64,000 nucleotides of DNA from a virus. The position numbers and the translations under genes are program-made. A model generated the notes under the pieces. The model was not told the DNA's origin. It saw only the letters and a list, made by a program, of their open reading frames with translations, and did no database searches. Below are positions 32,343 through 42,136 of the stretch, one piece after another. The first letter of the stretch is position 1, and each line of letters starts with the position of its first letter. Location: IMG/VR virus record IMGVR_UViG_3300045988_077100, positions 1 to 64,000 of that record, one strand, 5' to 3'.

Positions 32343-32360
32343 AGGGGAAGGAGACCGCGA

Positions 32361-33326
32361 ATGGAACTGGAACCGATGGATACGGCGGAACTGACTGCAC
32401 AGCAGGAACGCTATGACGCCATTGCCCGTGCCACCAGCGACAGCCTTGCCCTTTTTTACTGCTGCATTGAATTTGACCGGCCATTCGATATGCTGGCGGT
32501 GCCAAAAGAACCGGACGTGGGTGAGAAGTGGATCGCCTATCTGGACAACCTGCGGCTGAAAAAGCTGGACATGCGGCGGGGGGAACCCCTTGGGTTTCTG
32601 GACGGGCTGACGGACATTACCAAGATTTTTGGCGAGGGGTTGACCGCCGGGGAATTTACCAAGGCGGTTGGCAACGAGAAGTCCGCCCGGAACCGGAAGG
32701 TGGGGACGGCACAGCAGCGGAAGAACTGGGGCGAGAACTCTGCGAAGAACCCCTACACATCTGAGGACTATGACGAACTGGATCGCATTTACGAGGCACT
32801 GTCCAGCGACCTGATGGCAGTTGGCGGCGTGAGCGTGAAGCAGGAGTTCATCCTGCGGGACTGCGCAAAAATGACGCTGGACCGGGACAAGATGCGGGCC
32901 ATCGGCCAATATGACAAGGCGGCCAAGCTGAACAAGATGGTTCAGGACAACCTGTCCAGCGAGGGACTGCGGAAAAAGGACGCGAAGCCCATTGACGATC
33001 TGCGGATCGACAGTCTGGTGGAGGCACTGGAAAAGAAGGGGCTTTTGAAAAACGGGAAACAATGTGCCCCGGACGAGATGTTCCGCATTTTGTTTGGGCG
33101 ATCCTGCAAATACCCCTACACCATGGACGCGGCGGAGCAAATGATTTTAATTAACGAAAACCGGATGCGGCAGAACGAGGGGCGGCCTGAGCTGACCACC
33201 CTGCCGCCGGAGATGCGGCTGCGGGACGAGTTGGGGGAGTTTGCGGAGGAACCCAATGATCAGGAGAAGGAGGCATATCAGCGACTCGGACTGGTGAAGA
33301 TGCCTCCGGCGAAGAAAAAGCGGTAA
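32361..33326 (+). CDS. putative terminase small subunit (position-based)
   Basis: 321 aa, immediately upstream of the large terminase. No motif recognised. Confidence 0.4.
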   Translation: MELEPMDTAELTAQQERYDAIARATSDSLALFYCCIEFDRPFDMLAVPKEPDVGEKWIAYLDNLRLKKLDMRRGEPLGFLDGLTDITKIFGEGLTAGEFTKAVGNEKSARNRKVGTAQQRKNWGENSAKNPYTSEDYDELDRIYEALSSDLMAVGGVSVKQEFILRDCAKMTLDRDKMRAIGQYDKAAKLNKMVQDNLSSEGLRKKDAKPIDDLRIDSLVEALEKKGLLKNGKQCAPDEMFRILFGRSCKYPYTMDAAEQMILINENRMRQNEGRPELTTLPPEMRLRDELGEFAEEPNDQEKEAYQRLGLVKMPPAKKKR

Positions 33327-33335
33327 GGAGGAGCC

Positions 33336-35189
33336 ATGGCACGGCGGGCCGGAAAGGCATGGACAAGTTCGCAGGGCTGGGTCAGCGTGAAGCCCACGGC
33401 AGAGCGGGACTACACGGACTATGAGGACGCCTGGTGGGCCTTCCTGATCTGGGTGTTTCGGTGGTATCCGGACAAACTGCTGGACCTTGTGCGGAGCGAC
33501 GAAGCGGACTTCGCCAACGAGGAGATCATGCAGCGGGTGATGGTGCGGGCCTACGCCAGGAAACGGGAGGTGGCGATCACCGGAACCCGAAGCCTGACAA
33601 AGACCAGCACAAAGATGAAATACGCCATGGTGAACGGGTTGGTATGGCCGGGGACCCAGAGCGCATATTATGGTCCAAGCTACAAACAGCTTGCCGCCAT
33701 CGGCGGAAAGACCTACCACCAGATTGAGCACGATTACCCCATCCTTGCCAAGCACTGGCGGGTCAGTGCGGAGAGCAAGGATGACTTCAAGATCGAGACG
33801 GACGGCGGAAGCGCCTTTTACATCTCCGCCATGCGCGGAGACAACCTGCATGACGTGACGGCGGAGGAATACGCACAGGAAGAAACCCCGCCCTTTGACT
33901 ACAACGAGTATTCCACGGTAGTGCTGCCGGCCGTGCGTCTCTGGCACAACATCAGCGGTGAGCGGGACAAAAACTTCGTAGGATACAAGAAACACGCCAT
34001 CACCAGCGCAGGGCGCAAGCAGAACCACGCCTTTCAGACCCGGTGCAAGGTGATGAAAAAAATGACCCAAGGGGAAAGCGCCTTTGCCATTGACATTTCA
34101 TGGGAGAGCATCGTGCTCATGCAGATGCGGCCCTATGAATGGGCGCAGGGACTCCGGGAGGAGCTGACGGCGGAAAAGTGGATGCGGGAAATGGAGAGCC
34201 GGTTTACCGGCGCAGACGAGTTCCCCGTGCTTTCCGACGAAGTGCTGACGGATTCCCAGCGGGTGCTGGTGATGGAGACGGAGCACTGCTGCAAGGACCC
34301 GCACCCCAAGCTGGACCCGGAGGAAGTTATTTACATCGTGGGCTATGACGTTTCCTACGAGGATTCGGCAAAGAACGCCAAATGCGCCTGCGTGGTGATA
34401 AAGCTGACCCGCCAGCGGGAATACCTGAAACGGGACCGCTTTTTGAAGCAGCTGGTCTACATTGACGATTGGCCCCCACCGGACAAGAGCAAGGCGCAGG
34501 CACGGCGGCTGAAGGCGATATGGAATCGGTTCTGCTATGACGGAAGCCAGACCTACATCTCCATTGACTCGTGGCAGTACGGGCGCGGGGTGCTGGAAGA
34601 TTTGATGACCGACTTGGGAGACGGCCTTCCGCCCCTGTGTGTGAAGAACCACGCGGCCTATGCGGCGGCGGAGCTGCCGGGGGCCATTCCGGTGATCTAC
34701 CCCATCAAAGCAGGCGGCACCGGCGTGACGGACCCGGACTTTGAAATGCTGAAATACGCACAGACGGAGTTTGAACACCACAACGTTGAATTGCTAACGC
34801 TGAACGCCAACGAGGGCGTGGAGGCGTATAAGCGCGCCCACCGCATCCGGGACGACGACCGGGACTACCAGTTCGCACAGCCCTACCAGAAGTGCCGGGA
34901 ACTGTCCGGCCAGATACAGAACCTGAAGCTGGTGCCCAGCGGGGCGGGGATGAGCGAGAAGCGCATTTCCAAGGCCATTCAGCGCGATAGCTGGTCCGCC
35001 ACGAAATATGCCCTGCGGCTGGCCCAACTGATTGAGCGAGAGGAACTGCTGACGGAGATCCACGGAAAGAACAAGAGCGACTGGGCGTCGGCGCTGGATC
35101 GGTTCAAGGAAAACAAAGTGGCTCCGCCTATCAGCACCGGAAGCAGCGGACGGCTGGTGACGGCGCGGCGGGGAGGCCGGAGGTTTTGA
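33336..35189 (+). CDS. terL: terminase large subunit
   Basis: 617 aa. ATPase-like N-terminal half (VAITGTRSLTKTST; ...AEEYAQEE). Size and position upstream of the portal gene. Confidence 0.75.
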   Translation: MARRAGKAWTSSQGWVSVKPTAERDYTDYEDAWWAFLIWVFRWYPDKLLDLVRSDEADFANEEIMQRVMVRAYARKREVAITGTRSLTKTSTKMKYAMVNGLVWPGTQSAYYGPSYKQLAAIGGKTYHQIEHDYPILAKHWRVSAESKDDFKIETDGGSAFYISAMRGDNLHDVTAEEYAQEETPPFDYNEYSTVVLPAVRLWHNISGERDKNFVGYKKHAITSAGRKQNHAFQTRCKVMKKMTQGESAFAIDISWESIVLMQMRPYEWAQGLREELTAEKWMREMESRFTGADEFPVLSDEVLTDSQRVLVMETEHCCKDPHPKLDPEEVIYIVGYDVSYEDSAKNAKCACVVIKLTRQREYLKRDRFLKQLVYIDDWPPPDKSKAQARRLKAIWNRFCYDGSQTYISIDSWQYGRGVLEDLMTDLGDGLPPLCVKNHAAYAAAELPGAIPVIYPIKAGGTGVTDPDFEMLKYAQTEFEHHNVELLTLNANEGVEAYKRAHRIRDDDRDYQFAQPYQKCRELSGQIQNLKLVPSGAGMSEKRISKAIQRDSWSATKYALRLAQLIEREELLTEIHGKNKSDWASALDRFKENKVAPPISTGSSGRLVTARRGGRRF

Positions 35190-35560
35190 CAATGGCTCAA
35201 CGGAAGAAACGATACCGGCTGTACGCCATGGGGCGGACCCGGAAAACGGAAGAGATCGCGTATGACACCCGGTTTTACCGGATCTGCGCAGGGTACATTC
35301 TGCTGTATCTCACCGGACGGAAAAAGCCGGAGGGCGCAGTGGAGGTGGCCGGGGCGGACCTGGACCGTCTGACAGACGGGGACCGCCTGTGGCTGGCAGA
35401 CTGCAACACCATGATCCTGGCAGAAGCGGCGGCCCAAGCGGGCGTAACGCCGGAAGAAGCGGAGAAGCAATGGGTCAGCACTCTGGACCGGCTGGAATGG
35501 GAATTGCAGAAGGAGCGGGAACGCATGAAGGGAGGCGGGGAGCATGGACCTGCAAACTGA
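35186..35560 (+). CDS. hypothetical protein (124 aa)
   Basis: ORF track entry, coupled start. Confidence 0.5.
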   Translation: MTMAQRKKRYRLYAMGRTRKTEEIAYDTRFYRICAGYILLYLTGRKKPEGAVEVAGADLDRLTDGDRLWLADCNTMILAEAAAQAGVTPEEAEKQWVSTLDRLEWELQKERERMKGGGEHGPAN

Positions 35561-37316
35561 ATTGAGGTCGGTGCAGTTCGCCTCGTACCCGAAGATATTC
35601 GGAAGGCTGCGGGAACTGGCGGCACAGTACGGCGACCTGCCCATGGACGCCGTAAGCAGCGCGTTTATGCGGGCGGCCAGCAACACCTACACCCGGAATA
35701 ACCCCTACATTCAGAACCGCCGGGTAAAGGCCATTTCCTCGCTGCCGGTGAATTACAGCAAGGACAAGGTGGCGGAGATGCTCACCGCACCGGACGGCAA
35801 CGAACAGGGCCTGCGGCAGGTGGCCCACGCGCTGGAATGGACGGCGTATCCCCTGTTTCACACCCGGAAGGTGTACACGGAAATGCTGACCTACCACAGC
35901 TACATTGCCCCGGAGTACGCCACAGAGGAAGAAGCGAAGCGGGAGGACTTCCTGCGGGAATGGCAGCTTTTGGACAAGCTGCGGAAAACGCTGGACCCCA
36001 AGGCCACGGCCCATGAGATCGCGGGGCAGGTATTGCAGGAGGGGAAGGTTTTCTACTATCCCCGGGTCAGCGTGGACAAGCCCCACAACAAGGTAAACCA
36101 CGCTTTTTTACAGCAGCTCCCCAGCGACTGGGTAAAGATCGTGGGGTTCAACAACGTGTCGAAATACACGGTGGCGATGAACCTGATGTACTTTATGCAG
36201 CCGGGGACGGACCCCTTGCAGTTCGGAGACCTGCTGCTGCCCTATCTGGATGACTTCTACGCATCGGCGGAGCGGGCACCGGAGGGCACGGGGAAGCGGG
36301 TGATCTTCGCGGCGCGGGACCGGGTGGACCTGAACGTGCTGGAACAGCGGAGGAAGCAGACCGGCGGCCGCTTGGCGGGAGACCCGGAGGTATACTCCCA
36401 GAACGGGCGGTGGTTCTACTGGGTGACGCTGCCGGTGGACAAGATTTTCACCTTTGAGGCAGACGATGTATCCCGGAACGCCATTTCCCCGCTGGCGGGG
36501 CTGTATCTCTCTCTGGTGCAGATGGCGCAGTACGAGCAAATCCAACTGGAACTGGTGCAGAACCCCCTGATCGCCCTGTTTACCGGCGAGATCCCCTACA
36601 AGGATAAGTCCGAAATTACAAGCACAGAGGACGATTACCGGCTTTCCGACGCGGGACGGCGGCTGTTTGAGTACCTGTGGTATCAGATGCTGACAGAGAG
36701 CAACACCAGCGGGATCGGCTGGTTCACGGCCCCTGTGGAAAACATCAAAATGCACCAGTTGGCAGAAGCACCCAGCGCCACCAAGATTTCCGCAGCCGGG
36801 TACAGCTACGCCATGAACAAGGCAGGGCTGTCCGCCATCGTCCCCACCACGGAGGACCCCAAGGCGGGCATCGCACAAATCTCCCTGCAGATCGAGGGAA
36901 AGTTTGCGGAGTGCGTATACCGGGGCTACGAACGGATGATGGCCGCCATTATGGACAAGCTGAATCTGAAATATTCGTGGCGGTTTGAGCTATTCGGAGA
37001 AATCGCAACGGATGATGATTTGCGTGAAAGCCTGCGAAAAGATATGACCCTTGGGATTCTATCCGCCTCTGCGAAATACATGGCGTTATACGATATGTCA
37101 CTATTGGATGATTTGTCATTGAGCAATGCAATCATTGCATCTGGCATTATGGAGAAAAGAATTCCGCTTGCGTCTACCTATACCGGCGGTGGAGATGCAA
37201 ATAAATCCCAAGGGGGAGAGGCAAAAAGAATTATGAACCCCGGGGGGAGGCCAACATCTGGCGGCAAAGTAACAAGCGAGGGACAAGAGGCCGACTTAGA
37301 TACTTACGGGGAATGA
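35544..37316 (+). CDS. portal protein
   Basis: 590 aa directly after the terminase gene. Call is based on size and position. Confidence 0.7.
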   Translation: MDLQTELRSVQFASYPKIFGRLRELAAQYGDLPMDAVSSAFMRAASNTYTRNNPYIQNRRVKAISSLPVNYSKDKVAEMLTAPDGNEQGLRQVAHALEWTAYPLFHTRKVYTEMLTYHSYIAPEYATEEEAKREDFLREWQLLDKLRKTLDPKATAHEIAGQVLQEGKVFYYPRVSVDKPHNKVNHAFLQQLPSDWVKIVGFNNVSKYTVAMNLMYFMQPGTDPLQFGDLLLPYLDDFYASAERAPEGTGKRVIFAARDRVDLNVLEQRRKQTGGRLAGDPEVYSQNGRWFYWVTLPVDKIFTFEADDVSRNAISPLAGLYLSLVQMAQYEQIQLELVQNPLIALFTGEIPYKDKSEITSTEDDYRLSDAGRRLFEYLWYQMLTESNTSGIGWFTAPVENIKMHQLAEAPSATKISAAGYSYAMNKAGLSAIVPTTEDPKAGIAQISLQIEGKFAECVYRGYERMMAAIMDKLNLKYSWRFELFGEIATDDDLRESLRKDMTLGILSASAKYMALYDMSLLDDLSLSNAIIASGIMEKRIPLASTYTGGGDANKSQGGEAKRIMNPGGRPTSGGKVTSEGQEADLDTYGE

Positions 37317-37429
37317 CATGGTTGTCAGCATGGGGATAGGGTAGCTCCCGAAAAGCGGTTGCCTTGCCGCCTTCCCCAGCTTACAAAAAGGCAAATTACG
37401 AAAGGCGGTAATTGAATGTGAGCACTGTC

Positions 37430-38062
37430 ATGGATTTGACCGGCAAACATTTTGGAAAACTAACTGTTATTTGCCGAGGCCCGGATCGTATAAATAAAAG
37501 CGGGAAAAGTGTTCGATGGAAATGTATCTGCGAATGCGGGGTAGAAACACTCGTTGATGGGCGTCACCTAAAAAATGGGCACACAAAATCGTGCGGATGC
37601 GAAAAGCAAATATCTGCGCAAAAAATGGGAAAACAGCAAGCAACGCACAATCGATATCCCACAAGGTTATATCACATTTGGAACGGGTTAAAAATGCGTT
37701 GCCAAAACAAAAACAATGACAGATTTTCCGCTTATGGAGGAAGAGGCATTACCGTCTGTGCAGAATGGGCCGGTAGTTTTGAAACGTTTCGAGATTGGGC
37801 ACTTGCCAACGGCTACCGGGACGATTTAAGCATAGACCGAATTAACGTAAATGGGGACTATTGCCCTGAAAATTGCCGATGGGCCACGATTGTGGAGCAA
37901 AACAACAATAAAAGGAACAACCGTTTTATCACATTATGCGGAAGCACAAAAACGGTTGCCGAATGGTCAAGAGTAGTAGGAATTGCAAGCGGAACAATCA
38001 TTGCGAGATTGCGAAAAGGGTGGGGAGAATACGAAGCCGTTTTCACACCTTTATTGCATTGA
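37430..38062 (+). CDS. free-standing Cys-rich DNA-binding/endonuclease-like protein (homing-endonuclease-type insertion)
   Basis: MDLTGKHFGKLTVI...WKCICECG...SCGC...LYHIWNGLKMRC...YGGRGITVCAEW...DLSIDRINVNGDYCPENCRWAT. Visibly lower GC than the flanks. The track start TTG at 37412 is an alternative. Confidence 0.5.
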   Translation: MDLTGKHFGKLTVICRGPDRINKSGKSVRWKCICECGVETLVDGRHLKNGHTKSCGCEKQISAQKMGKQQATHNRYPTRLYHIWNGLKMRCQNKNNDRFSAYGGRGITVCAEWAGSFETFRDWALANGYRDDLSIDRINVNGDYCPENCRWATIVEQNNNKRNNRFITLCGSTKTVAEWSRVVGIASGTIIARLRKGWGEYEAVFTPLLH

Positions 38063-38102
38063 CACCTACGGCGGATAGCCGAAGAAAAAGTGAACAGAGC
38101 AC

Positions 38103-38177
38103 CCCGCTCTAAGCGGTGAGCGGGAGGAGCAAAGCGTTGCTGACGCCGGAATGACCGGCGTGGGCAGCGCTTTTTTT
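38103..38177 (+). ncRNA. conserved two-hairpin element, copy B
   Basis: HP1 CCCGCTC-TAAGCGGT-GAGCGGG. Spacer AGGAGCAA. The terminator hairpin is identical to copy A, then TTTTTTT. Confidence 0.55.
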
Positions 38178-38199
38178 CAACATGAGAGGAGGAAACCAC

Positions 38200-38733
38200 A
38201 TGGCAAAGCTGCGGGACATTTACCACTACGAAAATCCACGCTTTTCCCCGCTGCGGGACGCGGCGAGGCGGGCCACGGCGGCATACCAGAACGCCGCACG
38301 GGGGCTGGACACGCTGAAGGAGTGGGTTCTGGTGGAGTTTGGACTGGTACACACGGCGGACGCCATTCACCGTCTGGCCCACGAACAGCCCAAGCGGTTT
38401 GACGAGATCGGGGACATCCTTCACCAGCGGCACCTGATGCAGGAATACCCGGAGACCCCGGAATACCGGGAGCGGCCGGAGGACATGGACGGCGTTTTCG
38501 GAGAGGTGATCCGGCTGTTGGAGGACATTGAGGACGCCTTGCGGGACTGCGTGGGTGCCAGCGAAAAAGTGGGGCTGTATCCGCTGGCAAGGGAATTTGA
38601 AAACCTTCAGATGGAGAACAGCAAAAGCTACGAGACCATGCTCTACGCATGGCAGATGTATGACAAGACCGACGGCAGCGCCACCAGCTATGACAACTGG
38701 GTGGAAAAGCTGTTTGACGGAGAGGAGGCGTGA
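38200..38733 (+). CDS. hypothetical head-module protein (177 aa)
   Basis: Start at MAKLRDIYHY, 7 nt after GAGGAGG. Confidence 0.55.
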   Translation: MAKLRDIYHYENPRFSPLRDAARRATAAYQNAARGLDTLKEWVLVEFGLVHTADAIHRLAHEQPKRFDEIGDILHQRHLMQEYPETPEYRERPEDMDGVFGEVIRLLEDIEDALRDCVGASEKVGLYPLAREFENLQMENSKSYETMLYAWQMYDKTDGSATSYDNWVEKLFDGEEA

Positions 38734-38735
38734 CC

Positions 38736-40097
38736 ATGCCGTTTCGGACGAGAGGGACCCCGCCGGAGCACGTAAAAATGTCCGGCGAGCTGCGGGTCAT
38801 GCAGCGGCTCAGTGAATACGAGTTCGGCGTGGAGCTGTGGGTCATGCGCTCCGGGCTGAATGAGAATCATTGGGATTTCCGCAATATGCGGGAGCACTAC
38901 CTGACGTTTGTGGGCCAGCCCATCCTGTGTGCCTATGTGGGCCGCAAGGTGGGGGACGGACACAACATGAGAGAAGTGCGGGACCCCTACACCGGCGAGA
39001 AGGGCTACACGTTCATGGACGGAACGGCGGAGCGCATCGTAGGGACCCTATCCGACGATCCCAAGGACTTTTCCATTGTGGAAGAGGCCGGGAACGAGTG
39101 GATCAGGGCAAAGGGCCGGTTATTCCAGTTTTACGCACCGGAATTGGTGGAAAAAATCGTGCGGACAGGGCGCATGGATGTTTCCGCTGAGACCGATACG
39201 AAAAAATCCCACATGGACGGCGATATCGAGATCATTACAGATTGGGCAGGTCTCGGCGTAACCGTGCTGGGAGACGATGTGCCGCCGGCAATTCCGGGGG
39301 CGCGGATCAAGGCGCTGAGTGCCATGCAGGAAGAGTTTAAGACATTAAAACTGCGGGCGGCGTCTCTGGACCCCGGAAAGGGAAGCAACGAAACGAACAA
39401 GAGAAAAGGAGTGAACATCATGAGCAAGAAGGCAATGGAGGCCATGTCCGAAAAGTTCAAGGGCTACCGCGTGGTCGCTCTGAGCGAGGACGGGATGCAC
39501 GTTGGCCTCGTGGACTCTGCCGGCAGCGCTTATACCTACGCCTTTAATGCGGAGGATAACGGCGCCGTGGTGGAGAGCCGCATCAAGCCCGCTTACCTTA
39601 CGGCAGCCTTCCCCTTTGGCGAGGGCGTGAACGCCATGGCAGAGGTGAGCGACATCGTGGACTATGCCTGCGCCGCAAAGGGGCAGCAGGCGGAGGACGT
39701 GAAGGCACTGCAGACACGTCTGGACGAGGCGGAGGAAAAGATCCGCACCATGGAAGCCGCCGAGCATGAGCGCCGGGTGGAGGCCGTGAAGAAAGCCGTG
39801 AACAGCGCCTTGGAGGACATCCGGGCCTGCGCTGTGGAAGGCGACGCCGACATGACCGAGACTGCAAAGGGTCTGTGTGACCGGGCAGAGGAGTTCGCAG
39901 CCATGGAGACCGACGGAAAGTTCTGCGGCGCGGACCGCGCCGTGCTGGACCTGATGGCCGCACACGGCAAGGCACAGACCGAGAAGCGCAAGAAGGAAAT
40001 GGCCGCCAAGCAGCATTCCTTCGCATGGAACAACCCCAAGACCAACAGCGGTGAGGGCGGCGGCATTGAAGAAATGCTTGCCCGCATGAACGGCTGA
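38736..40097 (+). CDS. putative scaffolding / capsid-maturation protein
   Basis: 453 aa. The C-terminal half is coiled-coil-like (LDEAEEKIRTMEAAEHERRVEAVKKAV). Position upstream of the capsid genes. Confidence 0.45.
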   Translation: MPFRTRGTPPEHVKMSGELRVMQRLSEYEFGVELWVMRSGLNENHWDFRNMREHYLTFVGQPILCAYVGRKVGDGHNMREVRDPYTGEKGYTFMDGTAERIVGTLSDDPKDFSIVEEAGNEWIRAKGRLFQFYAPELVEKIVRTGRMDVSAETDTKKSHMDGDIEIITDWAGLGVTVLGDDVPPAIPGARIKALSAMQEEFKTLKLRAASLDPGKGSNETNKRKGVNIMSKKAMEAMSEKFKGYRVVALSEDGMHVGLVDSAGSAYTYAFNAEDNGAVVESRIKPAYLTAAFPFGEGVNAMAEVSDIVDYACAAKGQQAEDVKALQTRLDEAEEKIRTMEAAEHERRVEAVKKAVNSALEDIRACAVEGDADMTETAKGLCDRAEEFAAMETDGKFCGADRAVLDLMAAHGKAQTEKRKKEMAAKQHSFAWNNPKTNSGEGGGIEEMLARMNG

Positions 40098-40121
40098 GAT
40101 ACGAGAGGAGAGTGAATCACA

Positions 40122-40754
40122 ATGGCATACATTGAAAAGACTGCGTTTTGGCCCCGTGTGACCAACCGCGTATTCGACGAGACCCTGAACATCACCGGCA
40201 AGTTCCAGAACGGCGATAAGGCAGACGAAACCTGCTCCGCCGGTTTCCTGTGCGTAAAGGATGAGCTGATGGACTGCGAGGGCTATGTGGGCGTTGGCCC
40301 CACCGACTCCACCGTGACCATCAAGAACAGCAACAGCTGGAACATGAAGGCCACCGGAGCCGCCGTGAAGAGCGAGGGTGACGGCATTTTCGCCTGCAAC
40401 CCCTATGACGTGAACATGGTTCAGGACCCTGCGACCGGCAACCTCTACAAGGTCGGCGCCAACACGCTGGGTCTGCCCGCTCCCAAGGGCTATCCCGTCA
40501 CCTTCACCAAGATCGTGTTTGACGGGAACAAGATTTACCGGTTCGGCATCGGTAACGTGTCCACCGCTCTGGGGGCCAACAAGTTCCTGACCATTGCCAA
40601 CGGTCTGCTGGTGCCCGCCAGCGCTGCTCCCACCGACGTGGGGACTCCGTACTTCAAGGTTCTGCCCACCGGCGGCACCTTCACCGAGGGCGCACAGAGC
40701 GCATTTGAGTTCGTGGACGTGCTGGCCTGCAAGGTTGACGCGGCAGCGGGCTGA
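40122..40754 (+). CDS. capsid-associated protein (decoration or second capsid component; position-based)
   Basis: 210 aa. Strong GAGAGGAGAG RBS duplicated before the next gene. Confidence 0.4.
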   Translation: MAYIEKTAFWPRVTNRVFDETLNITGKFQNGDKADETCSAGFLCVKDELMDCEGYVGVGPTDSTVTIKNSNSWNMKATGAAVKSEGDGIFACNPYDVNMVQDPATGNLYKVGANTLGLPAPKGYPVTFTKIVFDGNKIYRFGIGNVSTALGANKFLTIANGLLVPASAAPTDVGTPYFKVLPTGGTFTEGAQSAFEFVDVLACKVDAAAG

Positions 40755-40777
40755 GAAACGAGAGGAGAGTGACAACA

Positions 40778-42022
40778 ATGGCAATCAAATTGAACAGCAT
40801 CAATCCCGCTGTGTATGACAGCGCTGCCAAGGAGTTCAGCAACGCGGAACGTGAGCGGGCCGACATCGTGACCTGCGGCCGTCTGCTGATGCGTGAGCGT
40901 CTGGGCCGGGATGAGCGCGCCCTGCGGGTCATGACCAAGCAGCCCGACGATTTCACCGCCATGCTGGCGGACGGCGAGGGGCAGAACAGCTACAGCATGA
41001 CCAACCGCAACCTTCAGAAGAACCTGCTGCTTTTCTGCGCCAAGCGGGTGTGCGCCCTGAGCGGGGAAATCCCCCCCGCTGATCTGGACGAGTTCCGCCG
41101 CAATCAGCGCAAGTTTATGAGCGACGGCCTGTACCTCAAGACTCTGGCCGGCATCGTCACCGAGATCGTGACCCCCATGCTGCCCACCGTCATGAGTTCC
41201 GGGCTGGGCTGGCTGGCTGAGATGACCACCGTGCCCATCGGCCAGACCAAGGAACTGGACATCATGTCCAACGACATCTTCCTCTTTGAGGATGACAGCT
41301 GGGGTTCCTCCCGCTCCAAGCCCGCCAACACCCTCTACAACAAGAGCGTGACCCTGAACCCCCGTCTGCGCACCGCACGGGTGAGCGTGAAGTGGTATCA
41401 GCTGGTGGGCAACGATGCCGACATGGGGCGGTTCTTCAACGCTCTGGCCGCCGGTATGTACTCCAAGATCACGGCGCTGTGGATCAGCACCCTGACCAAG
41501 ATGACCGCCAACACCGCCTATGTGCCCGCCAACATGACCTTCACCAACACCTCCGCCAACTGGGTCACTGCCGGTGAGCGGGTGAGCGTTGTGAACGGGA
41601 CCCGCTACCGAAATGTGATGGCCATTGGCCGCCCATCCGCGCTGACCAAGGCCCTGCCCAGCGGCGTGGTGAACGCCTCCACCGTGAATCTGGATGCGGC
41701 CCTGTCTACCCTGCTGGGGCTGGACTGGACGCGCTATGGGTTCCTTGGCGAGTACATGGGCATGAACCTGATGCCCATTGACACGGCCATTGTCCCCGGC
41801 ACCCAGAACACCACCGTGACCGACATCGTACCCGCCGACAAGATTTGGCTGACCGCCGTGGGTGGCTACAAGCCCGTCTACATCGGCATGGAGGAGGGCA
41901 CTCCCATTCAGCTGGAGCTGACCCCCGACCAGACCGCAGACATGAGCATCGACGTAGTGGTTTCTATGTCCATCGACTGTGTGCCGGTCCCCGCCAATAA
42001 AATGGCCGTCATTAACGCGTAA
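40778..42022 (+). CDS. major capsid protein (position- and size-based)
   Basis: 414 aa from ATG 40778 (MAIKLNSINPAVYD...). Strong RBS. Follows the scaffold-like gene. Confidence 0.6.
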   Translation: MAIKLNSINPAVYDSAAKEFSNAERERADIVTCGRLLMRERLGRDERALRVMTKQPDDFTAMLADGEGQNSYSMTNRNLQKNLLLFCAKRVCALSGEIPPADLDEFRRNQRKFMSDGLYLKTLAGIVTEIVTPMLPTVMSSGLGWLAEMTTVPIGQTKELDIMSNDIFLFEDDSWGSSRSKPANTLYNKSVTLNPRLRTARVSVKWYQLVGNDADMGRFFNALAAGMYSKITALWISTLTKMTANTAYVPANMTFTNTSANWVTAGERVSVVNGTRYRNVMAIGRPSALTKALPSGVVNASTVNLDAALSTLLGLDWTRYGFLGEYMGMNLMPIDTAIVPGTQNTTVTDIVPADKIWLTAVGGYKPVYIGMEEGTPIQLELTPDQTADMSIDVVVSMSIDCVPVPANKMAVINA

Positions 42023-42136
42023 GACCCAAAGTGGGAGGGAGGAAACCCTCTCTCCCGCAGATATGGCGCGAAGCCTGCATGAGGGCAGAGCACCACGGAA
42101 AATACAGCATCTTTTATCTGAAAGGAGCGGACAAGG

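Noticed and set aside
42033-42056. GGGAGGGAGG-AAAC-CCTCTCTCCC hairpin after the capsid gene, plus the 44911-44944 hairpin, considered as terminators
   Set aside because: Both are stable stems, but neither is followed by a U-run on the plus strand. The second has its T-run only on the antisense side. They are noted as structural punctuation and not called as terminators.
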